Below are positions 34,435-35,333 of a stretch of DNA of 35,333 nt, in pieces. The translations under genes were made by a program, and so were the position numbers. The notes beneath the pieces are model-generated. The model was given only the letters and a program-made list of their open reading frames with translations. It did not search any database and was not told the DNA's origin. The stretch's first letter is position 1. Each line of letters starts with the position of its first letter. Source of the stretch: Octopus bimaculoides (Eukaryota); the NCBI RefSeq assembly GCF_001194135.2, contig NC_068988.1:19676351-19711683 (forward strand), given 5' to 3'.

Positions 34435-35333
34435 GCTTCGGTGGTGAGTACAAGTAAGGGTAAATGTATGTGCAGATTTAACGTCCTAGTCAAAAGATCA
34501 AACTCGCGTTCTGCTATATTCTATATTTAATTAGGGATAAATTGTATTAAAATTCGGACGTTTTCACTGTTTACTAAAATTAGTTTTCCTTCAGATATTC
34601 TTTTTCAAATTTTATCAAAATGTTTTGCTCACTTTATATATAAAGAAAAGATTTGTTTCAATATTTTCAATATTCAGAGGAATTTGAAAAATTCCATTTG
34701 AAATATTTCTGTACGATTTTGAGAAAATGATCGCTCAAACACTTGTTAGAGGTTCTAAATTTATTTTTACGACTTGATTAACAACACACGCAAGCGACCG
34801 CACTGTAAATGTTGCTTATACCATTCTATTGGGAGTTTATAATTAATTTATAGAATCCTAAGCAGAGGATGGCATCAAAAGATGTTAGATTTTCCTATAT
34901 TTTGGTTTTGTCATTACTAACATATTTAATAAATTCATGCGTAAACGCTATGTATCCTCTAGTGCATAGACTCAATAATCGTGAAGAATTTGAATAATTT
35001 ACGTAGTTTATTACATTTTGGATAACAGAAAGCCTCAGGTGTAAGTTTCAATCAAAACAGCCAATGGGTCATACTTGTTGTTTTATGATATACGTCTCAC
35101 ATCTGACGGCATCTCAATTCTTTTACATAACCCAGTTTCTAGGAAAGTGGTTTTGTTCCGTCGAATAATATAAATACATGAAAATGCCATATTTTATAAT
35201 GCGATATATGTATCTATTCAACGCACAAACTCCCACTCACATGCACATCCATGTGTGTGTGTGTACGCGTATTTATGTGTTTGTATATATATATATACAT
35301 ACATGCATGTATTTATATATATATATATATACA

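Overview
AT-rich, microsatellite-dense eukaryotic scaffold segment with 12 N-gaps (458-467, 6715-6989, 7793-7859, 11558-11567, 12556-12987, 13991-14456, 16880-17363, 20676-20685, 22688-23144, 28756-29319, 30468-30479, 33998-34136). From recall, the SINE families and repeat density resemble an Octopus genome; this is not verified by search. I find no intact host gene, rRNA, true tRNA or CRISPR array, and most listed ORFs are microsatellite or gap artefacts. The window is a transposon graveyard. It holds an L1/Tx1-like ORF2 remnant (1-1232), a gag-like ORF1 that can be rebuilt by removing two SINEs (26247-28386), a CR1-like RT/3' end (31972-32931), a Tc1/mariner N-terminal remnant (33004-33410), and about 25 copies or fragments of four tRNA-derived SINE families (called A-D here). 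The most interesting signal is four or five fragments of R4/Dong-like (restriction-like endonuclease) retrotransposons from at least three lineages. All of them sit at (AAT)n microsatellites, and they are stacked head-to-tail in two places. This suggests TAA-microsatellite-targeted retrotransposition, a known strategy in insects; whether it is described for this lineage I cannot check. Secondary signals are SINE A with three interchangeable 3' tails and SINE C sharing its 3' end with the CR1-like LINE.
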